DNA from: a virus
Taxonomy: Duplodnaviria; Caudoviricetes
Reading direction: 5' to 3' (one strand)
DNA: 38,368 nt
IMG/VR virus record: IMGVR_UViG_3300032324_000298
Coordinates: 1-38,368 of that record
Shown: in pieces, positions 16,276-24,032 of the stretch
Numbering within the stretch: the first letter of the stretch is position 1
Layout of the letters: each line of letters starts with the position of its first letter
The notes under the pieces: generated by a model
What the model saw: only the letters and a program-made list of their open reading frames with translations
What the model was told of the DNA's origin: nothing
Databases searched by the model: none
Made by a program: the position numbers and the translations under genes

Positions 16276-17262
16276 ATGGCCTTTTCTAATACCTACGATA
16301 CAACTAATACCGGTTCCGCTGTTTCTAACCGCGAAGACCTCACAGACGTTCTGACGATCCTCGCTCCCGAGGAGACACCAGTTCTTTCGTCCGCCTCTAA
16401 ATCCAAAGCTACCGCTACCTACGTTGAGTGGACTGTCGATAGCCTTGCTGCCCCCACCACAACGGGCGTTGCAGAAGGTGCGGACGTTACCTCATTCACG
16501 GACAAATTCTCTAACCGCGCTCGCCTCGGTAACTATATCCAAAAGTTCCGCCGCGACTACATGGTTAGCGACTTGCAGAACGCTGTTGACAGCGTTGGTC
16601 CAGCAAAGATTGCCCAAGCTGAGGCAAAATCGGTGCGCGAAATCAAGCGCGACATCGAGGCTACTCTCTGCTCTAACAACGACCGTTCGATTGAGGACGG
16701 CGCGGGCACGCCATACGGCCTTCGTGGTCTTGGCGACTGGATTGATAGCGCAGGTCCAGCAGACGTTCCAGCGGCCTATCGCACCCCAGCGGGTTCGATT
16801 CAGGGCTCCGGCACGACCTTCACGGAAACCGTTTTCAATAACCTCATCACCAGCATCTTCCGCGTTACTGGCATGAGCAACGGTTTGACGCTTGTTGCTG
16901 ACACATCGCTTCGTCGCGTTATCAGCGACTTCGCTCGCACTTCGGGTAGCTCGGACTACTCGGTTCGCAAAGTTAGCTATGATGGCGGCGAAGCCTCGAT
17001 CAAGCTGTCGGTTGAACTCTACGAGTCCGACCACGGCATCGTGTCCATCGTCAACATGAATCCTGATTGCGCTCCAGATACGACCAACAAGGATACCGGC
17101 TACTTGGTTAACCCCGAGTATTACGGCATTGCTGAACTCATCCCAACTGGCTCGACCCGTCTCCCCAACCTTGGTGGTGGCGAACGCGGCTACGTTGACT
17201 GCGCCTTGACTCTCATCGTGAAACACCCCGGTGCTCACGGCAAGATCACTGCCCTCACATAA
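16276..17262 (+). CDS. Major capsid protein (SU10/DUF5309-like)
   Basis: NREDLTDVLTILAPEETP, EWTVDSL, NYIQKF, EIKRDIEA, YESDHG and AHGKI. Confidence 0.9.
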   Translation: MAFSNTYDTTNTGSAVSNREDLTDVLTILAPEETPVLSSASKSKATATYVEWTVDSLAAPTTTGVAEGADVTSFTDKFSNRARLGNYIQKFRRDYMVSDLQNAVDSVGPAKIAQAEAKSVREIKRDIEATLCSNNDRSIEDGAGTPYGLRGLGDWIDSAGPADVPAAYRTPAGSIQGSGTTFTETVFNNLITSIFRVTGMSNGLTLVADTSLRRVISDFARTSGSSDYSVRKVSYDGGEASIKLSVELYESDHGIVSIVNMNPDCAPDTTNKDTGYLVNPEYYGIAELIPTGSTRLPNLGGGERGYVDCALTLIVKHPGAHGKITALT

Positions 17263-17283
17263 TCCAACGAAAGGAATACCAAT

Positions 17284-17748
17284 ATGCCTAAACTCACAGT
17301 AAATGAAAGCGCGTTCGGGATGACCGACGAGCTTGTTATCGACTTCACAGCCTTCTCGGTTGCCAATGCTGGCACTTTGGCTGACAACGCAACCAAGACA
17401 TTCACGTATGCCATTCCAGCCGGAACTATGGTTACGGATGTCTCGGCCTACCTCAGCATTGCGTTCGATGACAGCGGCGGCGGCGATGAGCTGAACGTCA
17501 TTGTTGGCGACGGCTCGGACGATGATGGCTTTCTGACAACTGCGGCTCTGCACGTTGACCAAAGTGAAATCACCTACGTTGCTGATACGGGTGCATACAT
17601 CGACAATGAGAACGGCAAGGTTTACACCACAGCCGACACCATTGATCTGAAGTTCACCCCCAACGTCTCGACTGGTACGGATTACTCGCTCAACGAACTC
17701 ACCGCTGGTCAGGTGAAGTTTAAGTTCCGCTTGGTCAGTCTCGCCTAA
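17284..17748 (+). CDS. Probable capsid decoration/minor structural protein
   Basis: Acidic beta-rich protein (IPAGTMV) between the capsid gene and the terminator. Confidence 0.6.
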   Translation: MPKLTVNESAFGMTDELVIDFTAFSVANAGTLADNATKTFTYAIPAGTMVTDVSAYLSIAFDDSGGGDELNVIVGDGSDDDGFLTTAALHVDQSEITYVADTGAYIDNENGKVYTTADTIDLKFTPNVSTGTDYSLNELTAGQVKFKFRLVSLA

Positions 17749-17772
17749 GCCAACTTTTTAGTTGTGTTAAAC

Positions 17773-17809
17773 TTGGCCACCTCTTAACTGGGGTGGCCAA
17801 TTTCGTTTT
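17773..17809 (+). terminator. Rho-independent terminator
   Basis: TTGGCCACCTC-TTAACT-GGGGTGGCCAA followed by TTTCGTTTT. Confidence 0.8.
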
Positions 17810-17811
17810 GC

Positions 17812-18120
17812 ATGAATATCATCAATACACCAAAAACCTATTCCAAAGAAGAAATTGATAACGAGCTTATTAACATCGTGAAAGAAAGTCTTGTGGAAGA
17901 AAAGGCAACGGAGTTTGAACGCACTAACGTAGCTCGCGCACAAGCCTCTGTGATGAAAAACCACAAGAGCATTCCCGGCCTAGGGAAGTGCATAGGTGTT
18001 ATGCCGGGACGTGAGTATTTTCGGCTTGTGAAGAAATACGGATACGAGACGGTTCACAGCAAAGATTTCATGCGATTCTTCAACAAGAAGATGCCTGAAC
18101 TTTCTCCCAATAGAGTTTAA
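17812..18120 (+). CDS. Hypothetical head-tail module protein
   Basis: ORF coupled to the next gene (TAATG). Confidence 0.7.
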   Translation: MNIINTPKTYSKEEIDNELINIVKESLVEEKATEFERTNVARAQASVMKNHKSIPGLGKCIGVMPGREYFRLVKKYGYETVHSKDFMRFFNKKMPELSPNRV

Positions 18121-18983
18121 TGAAAAACAAGTCATATTCCGAGTTGCTAGCACTTGTCCAAGCTCTTTCGGGCGTGGATTCGTTTACTGTGCTTGAACAA
18201 TCGAAAGTGTTGGCAATGGCCAATCGTCGCTTGTATGAGGCGTATGACTTTAGCCCAACATGGCCGCGTTACATCGTGGGCGCACAGGTGAGGCCAGCTA
18301 CAAATAATTTAATTTCTCGTGAATACGATCATGTTGCTGGAGTTAGAACATCATCGTCTGCTTCGCGTAACGGGACAACGGTTACAATCGTTTGCACGGC
18401 TTCTATCAGTTTTGTTGCTGGTATGACTGTTGTTGTGTCAGGGCTCACTGGAACGGTTAGCCCCAATGGAACCCAGACAGTTGTAAGCATTGAAACAACC
18501 AACCTGAGTAACGACACATTTACTTACAGCCTTGCATCTGGAACAGGGGTTGAGACGTATAGCGGCACCGCTACCGTGTCACCTGCAGCCATTGACGACA
18601 TCTCGGACTACAACCGTATCTGGAACGCCAATCCTTTTGGCACAAACCCATCCTACGAATACGACTTCTTTGTTGATAGCAATGGCGCGACAGTAATTAA
18701 CAACGCGACAGGCAACCTTGGGTTTTGGGTTGGCTACAAGAAGGAATGGCCCGGTCCATACACCACCGCTGCAGTTGATATTCCACTAGAGTTCTTCCAC
18801 TATGCAGCCCACGCTACCTATGCCGACTTCCTTCGTATGGACGGTCAGGTTGACAAGGCTATTGCCGAAGAACAAATTGCCATGAGCTACCTTATGCTAG
18901 AGTTGAGCAAGGCCCAGAATCAGCGCAATAACAACTTCTTGTTTCGCCGCATTTCTACCTACGTTTCAACACAATCACGCTAA
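18120..18983 (+). CDS. Putative head-tail adaptor with inserted beta-rich domain
   Basis: Helical N- and C-termini (WPRY...IPLEFFHY) flank a Thr/Ser-rich insert; position in operon. Confidence 0.6.
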   Translation: MKNKSYSELLALVQALSGVDSFTVLEQSKVLAMANRRLYEAYDFSPTWPRYIVGAQVRPATNNLISREYDHVAGVRTSSSASRNGTTVTIVCTASISFVAGMTVVVSGLTGTVSPNGTQTVVSIETTNLSNDTFTYSLASGTGVETYSGTATVSPAAIDDISDYNRIWNANPFGTNPSYEYDFFVDSNGATVINNATGNLGFWVGYKKEWPGPYTTAAVDIPLEFFHYAAHATYADFLRMDGQVDKAIAEEQIAMSYLMLELSKAQNQRNNNFLFRRISTYVSTQSR

Positions 18984-19297
18984 TGAATAATTCCCTTGTT
19001 GTTAATCTCTATCCGTCTCCAACCGGGGAAGCGGACGAACGACTTGCCGTAAGCACAGCGGCAGTTGCTCTTACGAATGTCTGGTCTTCGTCCAAGACGA
19101 AATACATCCTAATTGATATTCAGGGTGATGATGTTATGGTGACTTTTGACGGTAGCACACCTACCGCTACGAATGGTCATTTGTTTAAGAAACTGACACC
19201 TCCGTTTTTCTGGAATAAGAGCACGGCTCTTGCGGCTAAGTTTATTCGCGCTGCTTCTACGGATGCTTCAGTTCACGCAACCCCATTTACTGTCTAA
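18983..19297 (+). CDS. Small structural protein, paralog A
   Basis: DVMVTFDGSTPTATNGH. Confidence 0.7.
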   Translation: MNNSLVVNLYPSPTGEADERLAVSTAAVALTNVWSSSKTKYILIDIQGDDVMVTFDGSTPTATNGHLFKKLTPPFFWNKSTALAAKFIRAASTDASVHATPFTV

Positions 19298-19299
19298 CC

Positions 19300-19620
19300 A
19301 TGTCAAACTCACGCATAGTTAACGGTCCAATGCAGGTGCTTCCGGTTAGCGGAACATCTATGCGAACGCTTTCGGCTGGTGGAACAGCTACCAACTTTAT
19401 TGTTGCAGCCCTTAATGTTAATACGAGCCATGTCTATTGGACGCTAGAAGGCGCAGATGTGCGTCTTACGATTGATGGCTCTACTCCAACGGTTTCTGCT
19501 GGCCACATTTTCAAGGATGGTAATAGCGGCATCTGGAGCGCGGGCTGGGCAAAAAACGCCAAAGTCATTGCGGTTAGCGGAACGGGTGTGTTTACGATTA
19601 GCGAACTCAACTACATTTAA
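19300..19620 (+). CDS. Small structural protein, paralog B
   Basis: DVRLTIDGSTPTVSAGH. Confidence 0.7.
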   Translation: MSNSRIVNGPMQVLPVSGTSMRTLSAGGTATNFIVAALNVNTSHVYWTLEGADVRLTIDGSTPTVSAGHIFKDGNSGIWSAGWAKNAKVIAVSGTGVFTISELNYI

Positions 19621-19622
19621 CC

Positions 19623-21980
19623 ATGTCCGGCATTTTTGACCAAATTATCAACTATTCCCCCCCGCTAATTGTTAGCGGAACGGTCAATTATGACGGGACG
19701 TGGGATGCTTCTACAAACACTCCAACCTTAAACAACCCGCCTGCGGCTTCTACTAAAGGCGACTATTACGTTGTTAGCACGGCTGGCACGCAGTTTAGCA
19801 TTACGTTTGCAGTGGGCGACTGGATTATCAGCAACGGCACGGCTTGGGAAAAGGTGGATTTGACGGACGCTGTTTCTAGCGTGTTCGGGCGCACAGGCGC
19901 GGTGGTTGGTGTAAGCACCGACTATTCCGCTGTTGGCCTTACAAACACGGCCATTGGGGCTTCTAGCCCATCTACGGGTGCTTTCACCACGGTTAGTGCT
20001 TCCACCCCAATTGCAGTGGCTTCTGGCGGCACGGGTGTCACGACCTCGACGGGCACGACCAACGTAGTGCTCAGCAACAGCCCAACCCTCGTCACGCCAA
20101 TCCTCGGCACGCCTCAGAGCGGGACGCTGACGAGCTGCACGGGTCTGCCCATTAGCACGGGCGTGTCTGGTCTCGGGACAGGCATCGCAACTTTCTTAGC
20201 CACGCCATCATCGGCAAATCTTGCATCAGCGGTGACCGATGAAACCGGCAGTGGATCGCTAGTTTTTGCAACCAGCCCTACGCTAGTCACGCCCAACATC
20301 GGCGTAGCTACAGGGACATCGCTGGCGGCGGCTTTGAACGGCAGTCTGGGAGCCACGACGCCGAGCACGGTGGCGGCGACGACCGGTTTCTTTTCCAGCA
20401 CTCTGTTTGGGGGCGGAGTCACGACCTTGCGCGGTGCGTCTGTGCCAATTGCAAACAACTCCGGATTTCTTATCGTGGGGTCGAGCGATGCAGCCGCCGC
20501 AGACCTCGGAGGTTCACTTGGGTTTACCGCCAACACGACAAGCCTCTCGAATTACCCGATGGGCAACATTTCGGCGCGGCTCATTGCGACCGGCGCGGGA
20601 GTTTATCGAAGCTACATGGCTTTTGCCACGACTGACACGGTTGGAAGTATCGCCGAAAGGATGCGGCTAACTGACACCGGCCTAAACTCCACGGCCATCG
20701 GAGCCACGACGCCGAGCACGGGCGCGTTTACGACGTTGAGCGCGACGGGAGCGTTTAGTTTCAACGCAAACGGCACGTCCACCGTGGGTCCAACTACCGG
20801 CAGCACAATTTTGCGACTGCGCGGAGGAAACACAGCAACAGCTGATGGCTGTTCATTTTTTGTCGATAATGGCGGGACTGTCGTTGCGGCTTACGGCAAC
20901 AAAGCGAACATTTTGGGCGGCGCATACAACGCGACCGCCATGCTCTACAATCTCAATAATCTTGAGGTAACGGCAGGCGGAACTAGCACGGTTGCCACCT
21001 TCTCCTCCACCGGCCTCGCCGTGACGGGGGCGTTGAGCAGCACGGGAATCCTGAGCGGTCCCGGCTTTCGGGCTTCAAAAGTAACGGCGTCAAGCGGGTT
21101 AGTAAAAATCCAAGACGAGGGCGCGAATGTTTACAACGTGATCGGGTCGCGGAACAATGCGGACTCGGCGGCACTTCCTCTTGTGTTTCAGGGATCAAAC
21201 TTTGATTTTGCTGGAGCAGTCGCCGTGACCGGGGCGTTGTCGAGCACCACAGGAGCCAACTTTGCGACAAGCAGCGGTTTCGTAGGCTTTGGCCGAACTA
21301 ACCCGATTTGCGTAATCGACGGAAAGGTTGCAGCTAGTGCATCAAACGTGTTGGCCTTCCAAGTTTCAAACGACACGAATACTAATTTAGAGGTTCTTCT
21401 AAAAAATAACGTAACCACCATCAACGCGGGTGGAACCGGCACGCTTGTTTTTGCAACGGAATCAAGTGTTACCGAACGCGCTCGGATTACTTCCGCCGGA
21501 CTTGCAGTGACCGGCCAAATTGGAAACTTTTTTACCGGCGCAAATGGCCAGTATGCTCAAAGTCAAGACAACACGAGCGGCGCAAACTTTCATGTGTTTT
21601 ACAACAGCGCCTCAGTGGCGTGCGGCTCCATCTCTCGCGTCACGACGACCAACGCAGTTGTTTTCAACACCACTTCCGACGGTCGCCTTAAAGAAAACTT
21701 CCGCGACTTTACGGATTCTGGCCGCCTAATCGACAGCCTCAAACCTCGCGTGTTCGACTGGAAGAACAGCGACGAGAACGGCAAAAACGTCGTTGGGTTT
21801 GTTGCTCAAGAACAACACGCCGCCGACCCAATTTTTGCCCACATCGGAGCGGTGAGCGTAGGCGACGACGACCCAGACACCATCACGAAACAGTGGCAGC
21901 GCAGCGACTCGGCACTCATTCCAATTTTGGTTGCCGAACTCAAGTCCCTCCGCGCCCGCGTTGCGGCTTTAGAATCTTAA
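19623..21980 (+). CDS. Tail fibre with C-terminal peptidase S74 intramolecular chaperone
   Basis: G/T/S-rich repeats; TSDGRLKEN...LKPRVFDWK...GFVAQE...LIPILVAELKSLRARVAALE. Confidence 0.9.
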   Translation: MSGIFDQIINYSPPLIVSGTVNYDGTWDASTNTPTLNNPPAASTKGDYYVVSTAGTQFSITFAVGDWIISNGTAWEKVDLTDAVSSVFGRTGAVVGVSTDYSAVGLTNTAIGASSPSTGAFTTVSASTPIAVASGGTGVTTSTGTTNVVLSNSPTLVTPILGTPQSGTLTSCTGLPISTGVSGLGTGIATFLATPSSANLASAVTDETGSGSLVFATSPTLVTPNIGVATGTSLAAALNGSLGATTPSTVAATTGFFSSTLFGGGVTTLRGASVPIANNSGFLIVGSSDAAAADLGGSLGFTANTTSLSNYPMGNISARLIATGAGVYRSYMAFATTDTVGSIAERMRLTDTGLNSTAIGATTPSTGAFTTLSATGAFSFNANGTSTVGPTTGSTILRLRGGNTATADGCSFFVDNGGTVVAAYGNKANILGGAYNATAMLYNLNNLEVTAGGTSTVATFSSTGLAVTGALSSTGILSGPGFRASKVTASSGLVKIQDEGANVYNVIGSRNNADSAALPLVFQGSNFDFAGAVAVTGALSSTTGANFATSSGFVGFGRTNPICVIDGKVAASASNVLAFQVSNDTNTNLEVLLKNNVTTINAGGTGTLVFATESSVTERARITSAGLAVTGQIGNFFTGANGQYAQSQDNTSGANFHVFYNSASVACGSISRVTTTNAVVFNTTSDGRLKENFRDFTDSGRLIDSLKPRVFDWKNSDENGKNVVGFVAQEQHAADPIFAHIGAVSVGDDDPDTITKQWQRSDSALIPILVAELKSLRARVAALES

Positions 21981-21984
21981 ACAC

Positions 21985-22125
21985 ATGACCACCGAACAAG
22001 CACTCCAGAACCTCTACGCAGCCGCCCGCCAAGCACCATTAAAGGCCGACGACCACGATTTGCTACGCAAGTGCGCGGAGCAGATTGCCGAGGCGTTAAA
22101 GCCCAAGGAACCGAAAGCCGAATGA
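21985..22125 (+). CDS. Small hypothetical protein (46 aa, MTTEQALQNLY...)
   Basis: Translated by hand; AC-rich leader and ATGA overlap with the next gene. Confidence 0.65.
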   Translation: MTTEQALQNLYAAARQAPLKADDHDLLRKCAEQIAEALKPKEPKAE

Positions 22126-22652
22126 GCGGGACGGCGGACACGAATTGGCGCAGCTACGTTGGCCCACAGGACAACGGGCTGACGGTGAACGCGGCTGAGT
22201 GGCAAGCACCGCTTGACCCCGAAAACTACGACGATCTCGTAAAAGGCTCCAACGTCTCGAACCTCTGCGTGTCGGGTCTCACTATTCCAGCCTCGCGGGA
22301 GGACTCGATAGACTTCGTGCGCGGCAACGATTATGTCGTCCAGCATTGCATCGTTCAGGGGTCGATCACGGCTAAAGGCTCAATTGACGGGCTATCGCTC
22401 TACGGGTGCTCCATCAGCGGCACGATTGAGCTTGGGCAATATGACAACTATTGGACCAAAGGCCGCGCTCCCACGCGCAACGTGTCAATAATTAGCTGCA
22501 CCTCGCCGGATGGCTCGCCTATTAGGGTGAAGCTCTGGGATGCGGAGATGCCGTTTATTGAAAGCACTAACGTAAAGGTGACGAAGATTCCAAAGTGGGT
22601 CTGGTTGCCATACTTCTTGTTCCGTCGTCTTACCAACCCTAAAGCCGCCTAA
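22122..22652 (+). CDS. Hypothetical protein, possibly a right-handed beta-helix with C-terminal membrane-interacting tail
   Basis: Recurring strand-like units (NLCVSG, EDSIDF, YVVQHC, LSLYGC, NVSIISC); tail PKWVWLPYFLFRR. Confidence 0.55.
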   Translation: MSGTADTNWRSYVGPQDNGLTVNAAEWQAPLDPENYDDLVKGSNVSNLCVSGLTIPASREDSIDFVRGNDYVVQHCIVQGSITAKGSIDGLSLYGCSISGTIELGQYDNYWTKGRAPTRNVSIISCTSPDGSPIRVKLWDAEMPFIESTNVKVTKIPKWVWLPYFLFRRLTNPKAA

Positions 22653-22654
22653 CG

Positions 22655-23053
22655 ATGCTCGATCTTCTCACCAACGCACTAGGCGGCGGCGCACTTGGTG
22701 TTCTCCTTCGCATTGGCAATGGGTTCTTTGACAACTACAAAGCTGGTCAAGAGCACAAACGCGAGCTAGAGAAGGCCAAAGCTATGGCGTCTATTGCGGC
22801 TGATAAGGCTCAATGGGAAGCGTTTACTGCCAGCCAGAATGCGGCAATTGCACCTGTAAACACCGCACCTTGGGCGGCGAATGTTCTCACCCTCTTTCGT
22901 CCAGCCATCACTCTCCTTCTCCTCATTCTTGTCACCATTATCTTCTTCAATGTTCCAGATTTTGAACAAGCCGACATGGTGGACGAAGTGCAATTTGCGG
23001 CCTTCAATTGTGTAGGCTGGTGGTTTGGTGACAGAATGACCCGTAAGCGATGA
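22655..23053 (+). CDS. Holin-like membrane protein (GTA 3TM-holin-like)
   Basis: Hydrophobic segments; RPAIT...WWFGDR motif. Confidence 0.7.
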   Translation: MLDLLTNALGGGALGVLLRIGNGFFDNYKAGQEHKRELEKAKAMASIAADKAQWEAFTASQNAAIAPVNTAPWAANVLTLFRPAITLLLLILVTIIFFNVPDFEQADMVDEVQFAAFNCVGWWFGDRMTRKR

Positions 23054-23214
23054 ACTCCTACGAGAAAGACATCATTGTGGCCTCTACGCCAGCAGCAGCC
23101 TCATTGGGCCTAAGCCAAATTAACCATCTTATTGGTATTATTGGCGGTCTGGTGGGATTGGCCTACCTCATTTGGAAATGGCACAAAGAATACAAAAAGA
23201 ATGAACCCTCGTAA
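23050..23214 (+). CDS. Small membrane protein (54 aa)
   Basis: MNSYEKD...LIGIIGGLVGLAYLIWKWHKEYKK; ATGA overlap. Confidence 0.65.
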   Translation: MNSYEKDIIVASTPAAASLGLSQINHLIGIIGGLVGLAYLIWKWHKEYKKNEPS

Positions 23215-23443
23215 GCTACCCTGTAACAGCCCTAGACGCGACATTAGCGGCGGAAAGAAGTCCGTAGTTCGCGCCTGTGCTAATGGGAAGTCCAAAGTGA
23301 TACGCTTTGGGGACGCCAATATGTCCATTAAGAAGAGCGTTCCAGCCCGTAAAGCCTCCTATTGCGCTCGTTCTGGTGGCATCAAGGGCACATCTAACAA
23401 ACTATCGGCCAATTATTGGAGCCGAAAAGCATGGTCGTGCTAA
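23201..23443 (+). CDS. Small basic protein
   Basis: KVIRFGD...RKASYCAR...ANYWSRKAW, a pattern I recall from other phage and giant-virus small proteins. Confidence 0.7.
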   Translation: MNPRKLPCNSPRRDISGGKKSVVRACANGKSKVIRFGDANMSIKKSVPARKASYCARSGGIKGTSNKLSANYWSRKAWSC

Positions 23444-23452
23444 TATCTTTTT

Positions 23453-23575
23453 ATGAAAAACGAAAACTACAAGTCACGCAAGCAGATGATTAAGCACGAA
23501 AAGAAAGAGAACAAGAAGAAGGACTACGAGGGTTTTGGCAAAGCAGCCTACGGCAAACGTAAGTCCTGTTCGTGA
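23453..23575 (+). CDS. Lys-rich peptide (40 aa)
   Basis: MKNENYKSRKQMIKHEKKENKKKDYEGFGKAAYGKRKSCS, translated by hand. Confidence 0.55.
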   Translation: MKNENYKSRKQMIKHEKKENKKKDYEGFGKAAYGKRKSCS

Positions 23576-23751
23576 AGTCCACAGTAAATAGTGCAGGGGT
23601 TTACACCAAGCCAACCCTGCGGAAACGCATCTTTGAATCTGTTAAGGCTGGAAGCAAGGGTGGTAGGCCGGGTCAGTGGTCGGCCCGTAAAGCTCAGCTA
23701 ATGGCTGTCCGCTACAAGAAACAGGGCGGCGGCTACAAGACGGCCAAATGA
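23572..23751 (+). CDS. Basic protein, N-terminal half of a DUF5872-like family (59 aa)
   Basis: YTKPTLRKRIF...KGGRPGQWSARKAQ...GGGY; GTG start overlaps the previous TGA. Confidence 0.75.
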   Translation: MKSTVNSAGVYTKPTLRKRIFESVKAGSKGGRPGQWSARKAQLMAVRYKKQGGGYKTAK

Positions 23752-23981
23752 AACCCCAACAACGTAGCCTAGTTAATTGGACTAGCCAGAAATGGCGCAC
23801 GTCTTCAGGCAAGCCCAGTCTGAAAACTGGAGAACGCTACCTACCGTCAGCAGCTTTTAAGGGGTTGAGCCGAGCTGAAATTGCGGCCACCAATGCGGCC
23901 AAACGTAAAGGAATGAAAGCTGGTAAGCAGTTTGTAAAACAGCCTAAGTCCATTGCGCGTAAGACCGCCGCCTACCGCTAA
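23748..23981 (+). CDS. Basic protein, C-terminal half of a DUF5872-like family
   Basis: QRSLVNWTSQKWRT...ERYLP...GKQFVKQP. Confidence 0.75.
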   Translation: MKPQQRSLVNWTSQKWRTSSGKPSLKTGERYLPSAAFKGLSRAEIAATNAAKRKGMKAGKQFVKQPKSIARKTAAYR

Positions 23982-24032
23982 TCACATTCTCGCCAAAAGA
24001 AAACAACCCGAGCGGTAGGGTATGATAAAGCA

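Noticed and set aside
16492-17562. 356-aa antisense ORF over the capsid genes
   Set aside because: Shadow ORF expected from the codon bias of highly expressed genes; no motifs or start context. The same applies to other antisense ORFs such as 26550..27107 and 28209..28790.
19623-21980. Diversity-generating retroelement targeting the fibre
   Set aside because: No reverse transcriptase and no TR/VR pair differing at adenines.
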